From assembly GCA_964493715.1 (NCBI GenBank), contig CAZBPC010000061.1, positions 1 to 20,925 on the forward strand: a DNA stretch of 20,925 bases, given 5' to 3'. The translations under genes were made by a program, and so were the position numbers. The notes under the pieces are model-generated. The model searched no databases, had not been told where the DNA came from, and worked only from the letters and a program-made list of their open reading frames with translations. Source of the stretch: an uncultured archaeon (GTDB taxonomy: Archaea > Asgardarchaeota > Lokiarchaeia > Sigyniarchaeales > SOKP01). Numbering within the stretch: the stretch's first letter is position 1; the number at the start of each line of letters is the position of its first letter. Positions 7,519 to 16,323 of this stretch are shown one piece after another.

Positions 7519-9597
7519 ATGAGGATTTTTTTTGAATTAGTGAGCAAAAAGATAGGTCTTTCAAGAATCGGACGCATTATCCTTTCAAAAGAAGAAAAAA
7601 GATACGTGAGTTCTCCGAATCTTATTATTCCGATTAAGAGATCACTAGTAAACATGGTGGATTTCCTTGAAGAATTCGAAAAACATCCAATATTCTTGAT
7701 TTCAAACGAGATTTTTCTGAAAATATCATTTTTACGAGCAAAATTCAAGGAAAATGCCTTTTTATATACCCATTATGGGACGATTGAAAAATTCGATAAA
7801 GTTTTAGAGGAAAATAAAGCAATTTTCCTTGGAGATAATATTATTGCATTAATCCCTTTTAATAATCCTACAACAGTTCTAAATAAAGATTTTGCGAAGA
7901 GAGAAGTTGAACATCACATCAAAATTATTCAAGATATACTTATAAAAAATCCATACTTAAATTTTGGTGTTACGATAAAACTTTTTGGTTATGCCGAATT
8001 ATTTAATCTATATTTCCCCTTAATCCAAAATAACACTAACATTAAAATTCTTAACTTCAGGGATTTATTTGAATATAAAAAGAACTTTCGACAAATCCTA
8101 CAAATAATTTTTGAAATTCGAAAAGAAGTTGATCAAAATTTATTATTTATGATATCAGGTAAAATCTTACCAAACTCTTATCCATTATTAGTATATCTAG
8201 GATTTGATCTCATAGATAGTTCATACATGTTATATCTTTCTTCTGAAAACCTTTATGATACGATAGAACACTTATTACCAGTATATAAGATGCAGTATTT
8301 TCCATGCTCTTGTTGCGCTTGCAAAGGAAAGTTAAAAAATTTAGCATCAGAGAAATTTACAAGAGAAAAATTTGGGCAATTAACTCTTCATAATTTGATC
8401 AATGCCAAAAACCAAATACATAAAATTAAGCAATATATAAAAACGGAAGATTACAGAAATTTTGTTGAAAAGTCTTCAATGAATGATACCACTTTATTGT
8501 CAATGTTAAAAATTGCAGATCATCAATATTTTGAGGAAATTAGATATGAAACTCCAATCATGCAAGAAGTCAAACCTATAGAAAGCATTGGTCCATCCTC
8601 ATATTTTCGTCCAGATTTCCAAGAATATAGAGAAGAAATAATTAAAAATTTTGAACCTGAACCTTGGACAAGACTAATCATATTATTACCTTGTTCTGCC
8701 AAGAAACCTTATTCTGAATCAAAATCTCACAAGAAATTCCAAGAAGTAATGCATAAATTCAAAGAATTCCCGGATTTTCAAGAGTTTATAATAACATCTC
8801 CTCTTGGAGTAATACCTCGTCAATTAGAGGACATATATCCGGTAAATAGTTACGATATTTCAGTAACCGGGGAATGGGATTCTGAAGAAAAATTAATTGC
8901 ACAGGAGATGCTAACAAAATTTATTTCGATGTACGATCCAAAAATCCCAATTATTTGTCATCTTTCTGGAGAAGCATATAAGGAAATTGTGGATAACACT
9001 ATGAGCATCTTGCCTCATGAAGTTTTTTTTTCTGACATTGATAATAGATTAACTTCTAAAGAATCTCTAAAATCTTTAGAAAATTTATTAATTAAATGTA
9101 AAAATATATCCAATACATCTGATTCAAAACAAAGTCAATATCATAAATCTTGGATACGTAAATTTGTAAAAATCCTCGATTATCAATTTGGAAAAGGAAT
9201 TGGAGTGGCTTTTTTTTCAAATACAGTAAGATTATATCCAAATAAGGACAAAACGATTATTAATATCAGAGATGTAAATTCAAAAAAAAAATTTGGTAAT
9301 TTTATAAAAAAAACTGGGCAGTTAGAACTTTCCATATATGGTTCAAATACTATTAAAGATATTATTAAAATCACTCACTTCATAATCTTTGATGGAGAAA
9401 ATATTGGTGGAAATACATTATTTAGACCGGGAGTTATTGATTTTAGTGATGATCTCAAACCAAATAATTTTGCCTTTATATGGAATAAGACAAAAGAGGA
9501 AATAATTGGAATTGCAAGGATGTTGGTTGGATCACCTTATATTAAAAATTCTAATACTGGTCCAATTGCTAAAATATATGAAAAAATGAAAAAGTGA
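7519..9597 (+). CDS. arcS: Archaeosine synthase subunit alpha (ArcS / arcTGT2)
   Basis: TGT-like N-terminus (GLSRIG), zinc site CSCCAC...HNL, ArcS motif LLPCSAKKPYSESKSH, ITSPLGVIPRQLE...YP...YD and a C-terminal PUA-like domain (LFRPGV). ATG at 7519 is likely; the ORF track starts at TTG 7498. Confidence 0.9.
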   Translation: MRIFFELVSKKIGLSRIGRIILSKEEKRYVSSPNLIIPIKRSLVNMVDFLEEFEKHPIFLISNEIFLKISFLRAKFKENAFLYTHYGTIEKFDKVLEENKAIFLGDNIIALIPFNNPTTVLNKDFAKREVEHHIKIIQDILIKNPYLNFGVTIKLFGYAELFNLYFPLIQNNTNIKILNFRDLFEYKKNFRQILQIIFEIRKEVDQNLLFMISGKILPNSYPLLVYLGFDLIDSSYMLYLSSENLYDTIEHLLPVYKMQYFPCSCCACKGKLKNLASEKFTREKFGQLTLHNLINAKNQIHKIKQYIKTEDYRNFVEKSSMNDTTLLSMLKIADHQYFEEIRYETPIMQEVKPIESIGPSSYFRPDFQEYREEIIKNFEPEPWTRLIILLPCSAKKPYSESKSHKKFQEVMHKFKEFPDFQEFIITSPLGVIPRQLEDIYPVNSYDISVTGEWDSEEKLIAQEMLTKFISMYDPKIPIICHLSGEAYKEIVDNTMSILPHEVFFSDIDNRLTSKESLKSLENLLIKCKNISNTSDSKQSQYHKSWIRKFVKILDYQFGKGIGVAFFSNTVRLYPNKDKTIINIRDVNSKKKFGNFIKKTGQLELSIYGSNTIKDIIKITHFIIFDGENIGGNTLFRPGVIDFSDDLKPNNFAFIWNKTKEEIIGIARMLVGSPYIKNSNTGPIAKIYEKMKK

Positions 9598-9604
9598 GAG
9601 ATAC

Positions 9605-10675
9605 ATGATTGATAAAGTAAAAAAGATTCGAACCAGATCCATTCATAGATTAAAAGGATTACCTTTAGAAAAATTAGATAAACCTGTAACTTATTGGATA
9701 AAGGAAGATCGTTTACTCGACCAAATTGGTAAAGAATTTACCATTATCTTAAGAACGAAAGGATGTAGTTGGGCTTTAGGAGATCAAGGTGGCTGTACCA
9801 TGTGCGGGTACATTCAAGATTCATCTGTTGATATGATTAATTCAATTAACATAAAAAATCAATTTATGCATGCTTGGAATGATAAAATCGAGGAAATATT
9901 AAAAGAAGAGGAAAAATACATCATCAAAATTTTTAATTCTGGTAGTTTCTTTGATAATGATGAAATTCCTGAAGATTTACGAAATTTCATTTATGAAAAA
10001 ATTGATGAAGTTAGCAATATAACTGAGGTTGTCGTGGAGTCTCGTACTGAGCATTTGAGTAGAGAGAAACTGATCCACATGAGGTCTAAATTAGGGAGTA
10101 GGCATATTGAAATAGGAATAGGGCTTGAGACAGTAAATGACTATATTCGATTAAATTATATTAATAAAGGCATGACTTTCAAGGAATTCGTGGATGCTGT
10201 TAATTTATGCAGACAAAATGATATTGGTATTAGAGCATACTTATTATTTAAACCTCCTTTTATGAGTGAAGAGTCAGCAATCGATGACTGCGTTAGCTCC
10301 ATTAAAACTTTGATAGATATGCAAGTTAACACAATTTCCATTAATCCGGTTAATATTCAGCGAGGAACATTAGTAGAATATCTTTGGCAACAAAATCGAT
10401 ATCATGTCCCCTCATTTTATTCTCTTTTCAAAAGTCTGAAACGGGGGATAAAAACCCAAGATAAGCTAAAGAATACACGAGTAGTATGCGATCCATCAGG
10501 TGCGGGTTCAAGAAGAGGCATTCATAGTTGTTCTAAAAAGGAATGCAATATTCGTATGAAAGATTTTCTTAAAAATTTTGTTCTTTCCCAAGATATTATA
10601 TATTTAAAGAAATTGGAAGAAGAAGAACATTGTCCTTGTAAATTGAATTATCAAATACAGAAGATGTTTAATTAA
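9605..10675 (+). CDS. raSEA: Archaeosine biosynthesis radical SAM protein RaSEA
   Basis: ILRTKGCSW...GGCTMCGY (C-x9-C-x2-C), KIFNSGSFFD, VESR, IGLET, INKG, YLLFKPPF and GSRRGIHSC; starts 7 nt after arcS. Confidence 0.9.
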   Translation: MIDKVKKIRTRSIHRLKGLPLEKLDKPVTYWIKEDRLLDQIGKEFTIILRTKGCSWALGDQGGCTMCGYIQDSSVDMINSINIKNQFMHAWNDKIEEILKEEEKYIIKIFNSGSFFDNDEIPEDLRNFIYEKIDEVSNITEVVVESRTEHLSREKLIHMRSKLGSRHIEIGIGLETVNDYIRLNYINKGMTFKEFVDAVNLCRQNDIGIRAYLLFKPPFMSEESAIDDCVSSIKTLIDMQVNTISINPVNIQRGTLVEYLWQQNRYHVPSFYSLFKSLKRGIKTQDKLKNTRVVCDPSGAGSRRGIHSCSKKECNIRMKDFLKNFVLSQDIIYLKKLEEEEHCPCKLNYQIQKMFN

Positions 10676-10836
10676 AGCAAAAATGTTACAAATTTTTAAT
10701 TTCTATCAAACAAGAACATTTCTACCAAGAAATTATAATCGTGTACTTTTTTGTCTAAGAACGCTTTAAAACAGTATATTTAAATATTAGTCTTCAATTT
10801 TTAACTTTATATTTTAACAATACATAAGGGTAAGCC

Positions 10837-11085
10837 TTGAAAAATTGGGTTCAAGTAAATCTATTCTATCTCGGACAATCTAAAAAACATCATATTTTTA
10901 GAGCCAAGAGATGGGATAAATCGTTGGAAAAAATACTGTTTAAATCAATATATAGTGAATCTTATGAAGAGATTGGTTCTATCAAAGAAATTTTTGGACC
11001 TATTACTCTACCCCTCATCTCAATTAAAACATCTTCCATTCATAATTTCAATCCCGAGAGTAAGTTTTATATAAAAATGGGCTAA
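10837..11085 (+). CDS. gar1: H/ACA RNP component Gar1/Naf1-family protein (divergent; start uncertain)
   Basis: IGSIKEIFGPITLPLISIK matches the Gar1 G-x-(V/I)-x-(D/E)-IFGP-x3-P motif. The size and the position directly before tfb match the usual archaeal gar1-tfb linkage. Confidence 0.7.
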   Translation: MKNWVQVNLFYLGQSKKHHIFRAKRWDKSLEKILFKSIYSESYEEIGSIKEIFGPITLPLISIKTSSIHNFNPESKFYIKMG

Positions 11086-11143
11086 TCTTTGAAGTAGTTG
11101 TGAAAATTAAGCCAATTAGGTGTAGTTTATTTCAAGTTGGAAT

Positions 11144-12091
11144 ATGGAAAATTTTGCTGCAATAGAAAATCTAAAAATAAAAGATGGATATTGTTTAGAG
11201 TGTGGAAAGAACGTACTGTTAGATGAAAATAGGGGATTAATGGTTTGTGAAGAATGTGGGCTAGTACATTCAGAAAATCATATTGATCATGGTCCAGAAT
11301 GGAGAGCCTTTGATGCGGATCAGAAGAAAAAAAGAACACGTACAGGGGCTCCAATGACTTATATGATACACGACAAGGGATTAAGTACCATGATTGATTG
11401 GAAGAATCGAGATATCTTTGGTAAAGAAATTCCTGCTAAATTAAGAGGTCAAATTCATCGATTACGTAAATGGCAGAGCAGAATTAGGGTTTCCGATGCA
11501 ACTGAACGTAATTTAACATTCGCATTAAGCGAATTGGATAGAATGGCATCTAATCTAGAACTTCAAAAAAATCTCAGGGAGTGTTCGGCAAAGATTTATA
11601 GAGATGCTGTTGAGGCTCATCTAATTCGGGGAAGAAGCATTGAAGGAGTGGCAGCAGCAAGTTTATATGCAGCATGCAGAATGTTTAAAGTCCCACGTAC
11701 ATTAAATGAAATTGCCGAAGTCGCACGAGTAGATAAAAAAGAAATTGGCAGATCCTATCGTTTCATTTCTAGGGAATTAATTTTAAATTTGAATCCTACA
11801 AAAGCAGCAGACTTTCTTACTAGGTTCATTTCTGAATTAGAATTATCAAATGAATGCCAAAAAATGGCGAAAAAGGTAATTGGAATGGCTGAAGTAAGGG
11901 GTTTAACCTCTGGTCGTGGTCCCACAGGACTCTGTGCAGCAGCTATATACGCAGCAAGTATTTTGACTAAGGAAAGAAGAACTCAAAGAAGAATTGCACA
12001 AATCAGCCAGGTCACAGAGGTGACAGTCAGGAATAGGTTCTCTGAACTAATTGAAAATTTAAATTTAGGTATAACCTTTAAGAAGAAATAA
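11144..12091 (+). CDS. tfb: Transcription initiation factor IIB (TFB)
   Basis: Zinc ribbon CLECG...[22 protein letters not shown], cyclin repeats [14 protein letters not shown] and [13 protein letters not shown], and VTEVTVRNR. Confidence 0.98.
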   Translation: MENFAAIENLKIKDGYCLECGKNVLLDENRGLMVCEECGLVHSENHIDHGPEWRAFDADQKKKRTRTGAPMTYMIHDKGLSTMIDWKNRDIFGKEIPAKLRGQIHRLRKWQSRIRVSDATERNLTFALSELDRMASNLELQKNLRECSAKIYRDAVEAHLIRGRSIEGVAAASLYAACRMFKVPRTLNEIAEVARVDKKEIGRSYRFISRELILNLNPTKAADFLTRFISELELSNECQKMAKKVIGMAEVRGLTSGRGPTGLCAAAIYAASILTKERRTQRRIAQISQVTEVTVRNRFSELIENLNLGITFKKK

Positions 12092-12221
12092 TAATTGCTT
12101 TCTTTCTTATTCTATTTATTTTATACTTTTTAACCGTGTTATCTCAATATTACAACAATTAAAGATGGTTTCGTTTTAATTAGATCATATAATACATGCA
12201 ATATTAAACAGGTCCGGTTAA

Positions 12222-12572
12222 ATGAAGCCTGAATCAACAAGATTAGTCAAACAAGTAGAAGTGAATTATTTTTTGCATAAAATCAAGCAAAACTTCCCTA
12301 ATTTTGTGGCCGGAGTGATTACTGATCGTAATGGATTTCCAATCGGTGCAAAAATATCAAAAAGACTATGGATCCGTGAAAACACATTAGCATTAACTGC
12401 TATATCAAAAAATAGGGAGTTATCTATTAGGGATCCCAATTTAGTTCCGCTTAAATTTGATATTGATAAAGGTAAACGCTATCGGTTACTTCTGTTACTA
12501 GAAAAATCTAAGAATTATAAAGAGAATATGAAGTCATTAAAAGAAATTATAAAATCGCAAAATTTATTTTAA
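12222..12572 (+). CDS. Hypothetical protein, possibly a divergent Roadblock/LAMTOR-like fold
   Basis: Helix followed by PNFVAGVITDRNGFPIGA resembles the Roadblock beta1-DxxG-beta2 motif; adjacent to a clear Roadblock gene. Confidence 0.5.
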   Translation: MKPESTRLVKQVEVNYFLHKIKQNFPNFVAGVITDRNGFPIGAKISKRLWIRENTLALTAISKNRELSIRDPNLVPLKFDIDKGKRYRLLLLLEKSKNYKENMKSLKEIIKSQNLF

Positions 12573-12728
12573 ACATATTTTCATTTCATAGAATTCCTAA
12601 CTTAGAGATTTCATTATTAATAACTTTACAATCAAGACTTAAGTTTTTAAGTTTAAATGGTTATCTTTAAAAGTATAGGAATTAGATAATTGTAAGTTTT
12701 TATTATCTTCGCAAGGAGAAGATTTACG

Positions 12729-13199
12729 TTGAGTTACTCCAAAGATGAGGTTGCTTTAAGAAAGATTTTAAAAACAATTATCACAAGCACTCCTGGGTTA
12801 AAATATGCAATTATCATTGATGATACGGGAATCACAATAATGAGTGAATCGAAATTCACATTCTCCAATGAAGAAGAGATATCCGTGGAAAAAATTGGAG
12901 CAATTGGGGGCGCTGTATTTAACGCAGGAGAAGAACAAGGACATATATTAGGATATGGATATACAGAACTACAATTCACTGAATATGATAAGGGTTTTAT
13001 TTTTTCAGGAAAAATAGGGAAAGGAGTTTTGTGCATAGTTACTGATAAAAACGTTCTAATAGGGTTTGTAAGGGCACTAATTAAACGATTTGCTCCTAAA
13101 ATTTCTCAAATATTGACCCGTTATTTACAAACAGATCAAGGAGAGTTAAATAAGGAACTTAAAGATCTGTTTAGTTCTGAAACCATGGGGTTGCTTTAA
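12729..13199 (+). CDS. Roadblock/LC7 (LAMTOR2/MglB-like) domain protein
   Basis: PGLKYAIIIDDTGITI...EKIGAIGGAVF...LG...TEYDKGFIF...GKGVLCIVTDKNVLIGFV pattern. The TTG start is preceded by AGGAG at 12714-12718. Confidence 0.85.
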   Translation: MSYSKDEVALRKILKTIITSTPGLKYAIIIDDTGITIMSESKFTFSNEEEISVEKIGAIGGAVFNAGEEQGHILGYGYTELQFTEYDKGFIFSGKIGKGVLCIVTDKNVLIGFVRALIKRFAPKISQILTRYLQTDQGELNKELKDLFSSETMGLL

Positions 13200-13289
13200 C
13201 TTCTCAATTTCATTAATTGAGCATATATTGTCGCCTAAAACACTAACTCACTTTTATCATATCAAGGTTATACCAGAGTAGTCAAAAAA

Positions 13290-13407
13290 GTTCTCTCGTG
13301 CCAGGCTATAATTTCTATGCCGTTTTGGGATATAATCATGTCTGCACGCTGGGTGACTGACTCAAGCCTCATTGCAAAGGTACTCACCATAGCTAGGTAA
13401 AGAGCCC
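13290..13407 (-). ncRNA. Candidate 118-nt structured ncRNA with tRNA-Ala(UGC)-like motifs; identity unknown
   Basis: 56/118 G+C (47%) in an AT-rich gap. Hand-foldable three-way junction, TTTTAATA ~26 nt upstream and T6 immediately downstream on the minus strand. Strand not certain. Confidence 0.45.
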
Positions 13408-13442
13408 ATTTAATATGCAGTATTAATATTGATTATTAAAAT

Positions 13443-13522
13443 TCAGGATGTAAGCATGACTTTGCGCGCGCATTCATCTTTTTTCATGCGTGTCCTCGAA
13501 CATGCAATTATTCCATCATCAT
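13443..13522 (-). ncRNA. Candidate box C/D sRNA
   Basis: Box C ATGATGA (13522-13516), D' ATGA (13487-13484), C' AAGATGA (13480-13474) and D CTGA (13446-13443) occur in canonical order. The spacers (28 and 27 nt) are longer than typical archaeal guides. Confidence 0.55.
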
Positions 13523-13562
13523 TTCCCAATTTTTGTTATTTTTCTTTTCTAAAAACTTTTTG

Positions 13563-14309
13563 TTATTTTTCTTTCTTAATTACCTTCAAAATTTCTTCAT
13601 AGGAACCTAATAGCTCTGAAACTGAGGGATCTAGCAACCCTACATTAGGTTTTCCTTCAAAAAATAAACTTCCGTTATTTAATACCATCATTCTATCTGC
13701 CCAATTTTCAATGAAAAAGAGATTATGAGTAGTATATAATATTGTCATTTTTTCCTCTTTTCTAAGGGTTTCCAATATTTTTAAATGATTATAAATTGAT
13801 TTAAAATCAAGATTTGCGAATGGTTCATCTAAAATTAATAATTTGGGCTTTAGCACTAGCAGTCCTGCTAAAGCAGCACGTTTCTTTTGACCCCAAGACA
13901 GATCAAAGGGAGAATATTGTTTATAATCGATCAACTCAACTGCTTTCAGTGCCCAATTAACTCTTTTCATGACTTCATTCTCTTCAAGTCCAAGATTTCG
14001 TGCTCCAAAACCTACATCTTCTTCTATAGTTGGAGCAAATAATTGATCATCTGGATTTTGAAATAAGAAACCAATCTTTTGTCTTAACTTCCACAATTGA
14101 TTTTTATTCCTTGTCAGTATCTCATCAAAAATTTTAATAGATCCCGATTTAGGTTTCAGTAAACCAACTAATAGTCTTAGTAAAGTAGTTTTCCCAGAGC
14201 CATTATTACCGGTTAAAGCATAGATTGAATTCTCTTTTATTTTAAATGATATGTTATCAATAGAAAATTTTGAATTGTAGTCAAAATTCAAGTTATCTAC
14301 TTCTATCAG
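13563..14309 (-). CDS. cbiO: ECF transporter ATPase, CbiO/NikO type
   Basis: Walker A GNNGSGKTT, GFLFQNPDDQLFAPTIEEDVGFG, LSWGQKKR and LILDEP. The conserved IEVDNLNFDY N-terminus extends back to a CTG at 14309; the ORF track starts at TTG 14291. Confidence 0.9.
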   Translation of the reverse strand: MIEVDNLNFDYNSKFSIDNISFKIKENSIYALTGNNGSGKTTLLRLLVGLLKPKSGSIKIFDEILTRNKNQLWKLRQKIGFLFQNPDDQLFAPTIEEDVGFGARNLGLEENEVMKRVNWALKAVELIDYKQYSPFDLSWGQKKRAALAGLLVLKPKLLILDEPFANLDFKSIYNHLKILETLRKEEKMTILYTTHNLFFIENWADRMMVLNNGSLFFEGKPNVGLLDPSVSELLGSYEEILKVIKKEK

Positions 14310-15109
14310 AAAAATAGTTTAAAAACCTCTGTATAAATCTGTTCTATGTGAATCAAGTAACTTAATAAGAAAGAGATAGCTATAAAAGCGAGTACTATTG
14401 ATAGATCTAAAATCTTCAATTTCTTTGGAGCAAAAGTAATCTTACCAGAAAAACCCCGCATTTTCAAACTCTCATAAAGTTTTTCACTTCTTTCCATATT
14501 GTGTACAAGATTTTTACCCATTATGAATGCATGAGCCTTTAGTTGCCGCCAATATGAAGTGATGTTTTTTCCTCTTAAATTTTGGGCTTCTAATACCTTT
14601 CTATTAGATATTGCAAGTATTGGTATGTAATGAAGCATTATAATCACACTGCCAGTAAAAAAGGAGGGAATTGCTCGAAATTTAGTTAAAGCTTCTATAA
14701 ATTCTGAATAAGTTAATGAAGAAAAAAAGGTTAAAAACACAAAAATAGCTCCAATAATTCGAAGGAATAAAGTTATTGCAAATATTAACCCTTCCTCATA
14801 AATATTCAATACAATCCCTATATTTAATTGAAAAAGGATGGTGTTTCCAAGGTAAAAAGGTATAAAAATCGTGATAAGTAGTACAAATGGTAGTAACGCT
14901 CTAATTCTTGATAATACAGTAAATATTTGCAGCTGAAAGCCTAAATTAAAGAATATAACGAGTAATATTATTGTAATTATTAAATATATATCATTTATTA
15001 GTAGGAAAGGAATAACAAGAATAAATGGTAGAATAAAACGAGTTAAGGGATGAATTCTATTTAATATATTCTTTTCATCTTCATGTTTAAAAGGTAATGT
15101 TATTTCCAA
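14306..15109 (-). CDS. cbiQ: ECF transporter transmembrane T component, CbiQ/NikQ type
   Basis: LNRIHPLTR, hydrophobic helices and two coupling motifs (AQNLRG and ERSEKLYESLKMRGF). TTG at 15109, with GGAGG upstream, is preferred over 15157. Confidence 0.88.
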   Translation of the reverse strand: MEITLPFKHEDEKNILNRIHPLTRFILPFILVIPFLLINDIYLIITIILLVIFFNLGFQLQIFTVLSRIRALLPFVLLITIFIPFYLGNTILFQLNIGIVLNIYEEGLIFAITLFLRIIGAIFVFLTFFSSLTYSEFIEALTKFRAIPSFFTGSVIIMLHYIPILAISNRKVLEAQNLRGKNITSYWRQLKAHAFIMGKNLVHNMERSEKLYESLKMRGFSGKITFAPKKLKILDLSIVLAFIAISFLLSYLIHIEQIYTEVFKLFF

Positions 15110-15307
15110 TTTCTTTAATCTCCTCCAAATTTTAATATTTAGATAAGTAAATTCCAACTTTCGTTCAATATAACGTTAGTGGCATTATCATATGAAATCA
15201 TACTATTTTATAAATTATTCATATTCTTTAAAAATAATACTTCTTTATAAGAAAATATTATTCATAATAAAAATAAATTTCGATAACAAAATATAAGGTA
15301 AAAAAAA

Positions 15308-15985
15308 ATGCACATACCTGACGGGTTACTCGATCCTATCACTATTGTAATTCTATGGATTGTTAGCATTACAATCATGATATTCGGATATTTTAGAATG
15401 GGGAATCTATTTGAAAAAGAAGATTCTGAAAAATTAATTCCATACATCGGTGTATTGGCGGCTGTTATTTTTGCATTCCAATTCGTGAATTACCCCATCC
15501 CAGGAGGTACTTCTGGTCATTTAGTAGGAGGCACATTAGTAGCTATAATATTAGGTCCTTGGGCTTCCGTTATAGTGTTATTTTTAATATTAGTTGTTCA
15601 AAGTCTCTTTGGGGATGGCGGAATCACGGCATTAGGAGCGAATACATTTAATATGGGAATTATTGGAGGAATGGTGGGATTCTATATAGTGGTTTTAATT
15701 GTTAAAATTTTAAATAACACTTCCTTAAAGAAGGAGATAAAAGTTACAATCGCTACTGGTATTGGATCTTACATCGCAATTGTATTGGCTTCATTTATTT
15801 GTGGTATTGAAATTGCTATTGGAGGAAAAATTCCAATTGAAATTGCGATCGTATCCATGGTTTTTTGGCATATGATAATAGGGATAGGGGAAGGGATAAT
15901 TTCAGCTTTAATTATATTTTATATATATAAAACAAAACCAGATTTTATTACGACTGAATCAATAATGGGGTTGAATATGAAATGA
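15308..15985 (+). CDS. cbiM: Ni/Co ECF transporter substrate-binding component CbiM/NikM
   Basis: N-terminal MHIPDG, plus GGTSGHLVGG, ILGPW, QSLFGDGGITALGANTFNMG and HMIIGIGEG. Confidence 0.93.
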   Translation: MHIPDGLLDPITIVILWIVSITIMIFGYFRMGNLFEKEDSEKLIPYIGVLAAVIFAFQFVNYPIPGGTSGHLVGGTLVAIILGPWASVIVLFLILVVQSLFGDGGITALGANTFNMGIIGGMVGFYIVVLIVKILNNTSLKKEIKVTIATGIGSYIAIVLASFICGIEIAIGGKIPIEIAIVSMVFWHMIIGIGEGIISALIIFYIYKTKPDFITTESIMGLNMK

Positions 15986-16305
15986 TTGAATGGAAAAGAT
16001 ATAAATGGCCAATTATCACCGTTCTGATAATAATTGTTGTATTAATGTTAGCATTAGCAACAGGTTTTACAATTGGGTTTCTTTCTGAAAACCCTGATGG
16101 ATTAGAAAGGGCTTTAATCGATTTTTATGGTGAAGAGTGGCTTGAAAATTTAATTTCTCCCTGGACTCCAATCTTAAGCTGGATTACAAATGATTATGTT
16201 GCGGGAATTCTTGGCATGATCCTTTCAATAGCGTTAATGATCGGAGTATTCTATTTGATCTCAAATTCAAAGAAAAAAAAAAGGCTTAAAGGAAAAAAAA
16301 TTTAA
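15982..16305 (+). CDS. PDGLE-domain protein (NikN/CbiN-like accessory component)
   Basis: SENPDGLE between two transmembrane segments; ATGA overlap with the cbiM stop. Confidence 0.85.
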   Translation: MIEWKRYKWPIITVLIIIVVLMLALATGFTIGFLSENPDGLERALIDFYGEEWLENLISPWTPILSWITNDYVAGILGMILSIALMIGVFYLISNSKKKKRLKGKKI

Positions 16306-16323
16306 AAAAAAATATTAAAAAAT

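Noticed and set aside
12637-12652. Inverted repeat ACTTAA-N4-TTAAGT upstream of the Roadblock gene
   Set aside because: Short and AT-rich; expected by chance at this base composition.
13203-13221. Hairpin CTCAATT-N5-AATTGAG after the Roadblock stop
   Set aside because: Only a 7-bp AT-rich stem with no following T-tract; not enough to call a terminator.
13298-13347. Eukaryote-like SECIS (AUGA...AAAA...GA) in arm 2 of the candidate RNA
   Set aside because: The upper stem pairs poorly and no upstream minus-strand gene has a plausible Sec codon; the cbiQ TGA is followed immediately by TAG.
13290-13407. 5S rRNA, RNase P, SRP RNA or canonical tRNA
   Set aside because: Some 5S-like words (GAGUAC, GAAAUUAUAGCC) occur in the wrong order with no helix I between the arms. 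No RNase P GAGGAAAGUCC, no SRP helix-8 motif and no T-loop.
15176-15245. NikR operator or cobalamin riboswitch in the ECF divergent promoter
   Set aside because: TCATAC and TAATAC half-sites lack correctly spaced partners, and the region is too AT-rich and unstructured for a riboswitch.
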